This document shows positions 62,861 through 64,000 of a DNA stretch of 64,000 nt, piece after piece. The stretch is from NCBI GenBank assembly GCA_000934665.2, contig JYFJ02001975.1, forward strand, positions 1-64,000, read 5' to 3'. A program made the position numbers and the translations under genes. Origin of the DNA: Catajapyx aquilonaris. Its lineage: Eukaryota. Under the pieces are notes generated by a model. It searched no databases. It had not been told where the DNA came from and saw only the letters and a list, made by a program, of their open reading frames with translations. Each line of letters starts with the position of its first letter. Position 1 is the stretch's first letter.

Positions 62861-64000
62861 AATTATTACATATTTAATTATGAAATATTTCTCACTATTA
62901 TTATTAATCTCGTAATATTTAAATAATTCATTCAGGTTGTCATTTGTATTTAGCTCCAACAATAAACCAAACCTGACATCAGCAGCAAAGTAATCTAACG
63001 CGCCGGATATTAAATGGTGCCATCTAGCGCTCCCCCTCTGCAAACTCCCAAAACCCAGACACGGAAATGCGTTTTGGTACGTTATATACTGACTCGCGAA
63101 CCTTATTATCGCCTCGAATTCTGGCAGTTAGTGTCTTAACGACACAATTTCTCGCTGACAAACGCAGCTCCAGCAATACGAATCATTTGGTACCAGCTTA
63201 AAAGAGGAAGAAAGAGAAAAAAAAACCCTTTATAGACTCTTTCAATTCGAATCTGTTATTGCCTGAAGGAAGCGATTCATATAGAGTGATTTTTCCTACA
63301 GGCTTCTAGAAAATTTCGCGAATTTTGCTGCGATTTTTAGGCCCGAAAACGCGGGAGTCCCAATGTGGCAACACTGCATCCTTTTATTACCACAAACGTG
63401 GCAACCATGAAGTGTTAAGTAGCCGCCATTTTGTATCCAAACTTTCAAGAGAGAAATTGGGAATTCTGCTGACTCTGGGTTTGTCCGATCAATCTGTTAT
63501 TGATAGGGTGGGTTGCTAGGATCAGTGGGATTGCTTTGCCCCGTTCCAGTCTCCATTGCCTCGTTTTTTAACATAAGGAATGGTGGGGGTTGTCAGGAGA
63601 GGAAGTTGTGAGAGTGGATCGGGTGTCATTCACAACTTCAAGAATAGTTCTAGGATTTCGTGGATTCCTTTGTCTTGTATAGGTTTGAAGATCGGGTTTC
63701 AAACATCTTCACTTCAAGTGTGTGGTTAACCAGAGTAAAATGATGTCAGTATATCCGTAGGCTATACCATCATCACCATGATAATTATATTTGATAAATA
63801 AAAATTGCAAAACAATACAGTAATTAATGCTATTAAAACACAATTATTACAAATGGATCTTGCTATTAATTAATTGCATTACTAACTCTAATTCGTCAGC
63901 ATGTATTTAACAATAAGTAATTAGAGGTTTGCATAAAATGCAATATTGTGGTATAGAGAACAAAATGCTTTTTTGACTAGCTCTGTTCTACTGCTAACAT

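Overview
This 64-kb window is AT-rich, apparently gene-free eukaryotic DNA (intergenic or deep intronic). It is probably from an invertebrate animal, likely an arthropod; that is inferred only from the repeat types. I recognise no credible protein-coding gene, rRNA, intact tRNA or CRISPR array, and the listed ORFs are mostly read-throughs of repeats. The window is a mosaic of three things. (1) Short non-autonomous transposons: several palindromic Tc1/mariner-type MITEs with TA target duplications, a Helentron/DINE-1-like family, a tRNA-derived SINE, and hAT- and Harbinger-like remnants. (2) About 20 different degenerate minisatellite arrays. (3) Unique 0.3-0.7 kb islands between them. Three patterns stand out. 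Many unique islands share a mirror-symmetric composition, C/A-rich on the left and G/T-rich on the right. Tandem repeats preserve short inserts at TA sites, sometimes stacked, that look like excision footprints of several DNA-transposon families. Unrelated elements repeatedly occur as neighbouring inverted pairs. All family assignments come from structure read by eye, not from database searches, and the boundaries of degenerate arrays are approximate.
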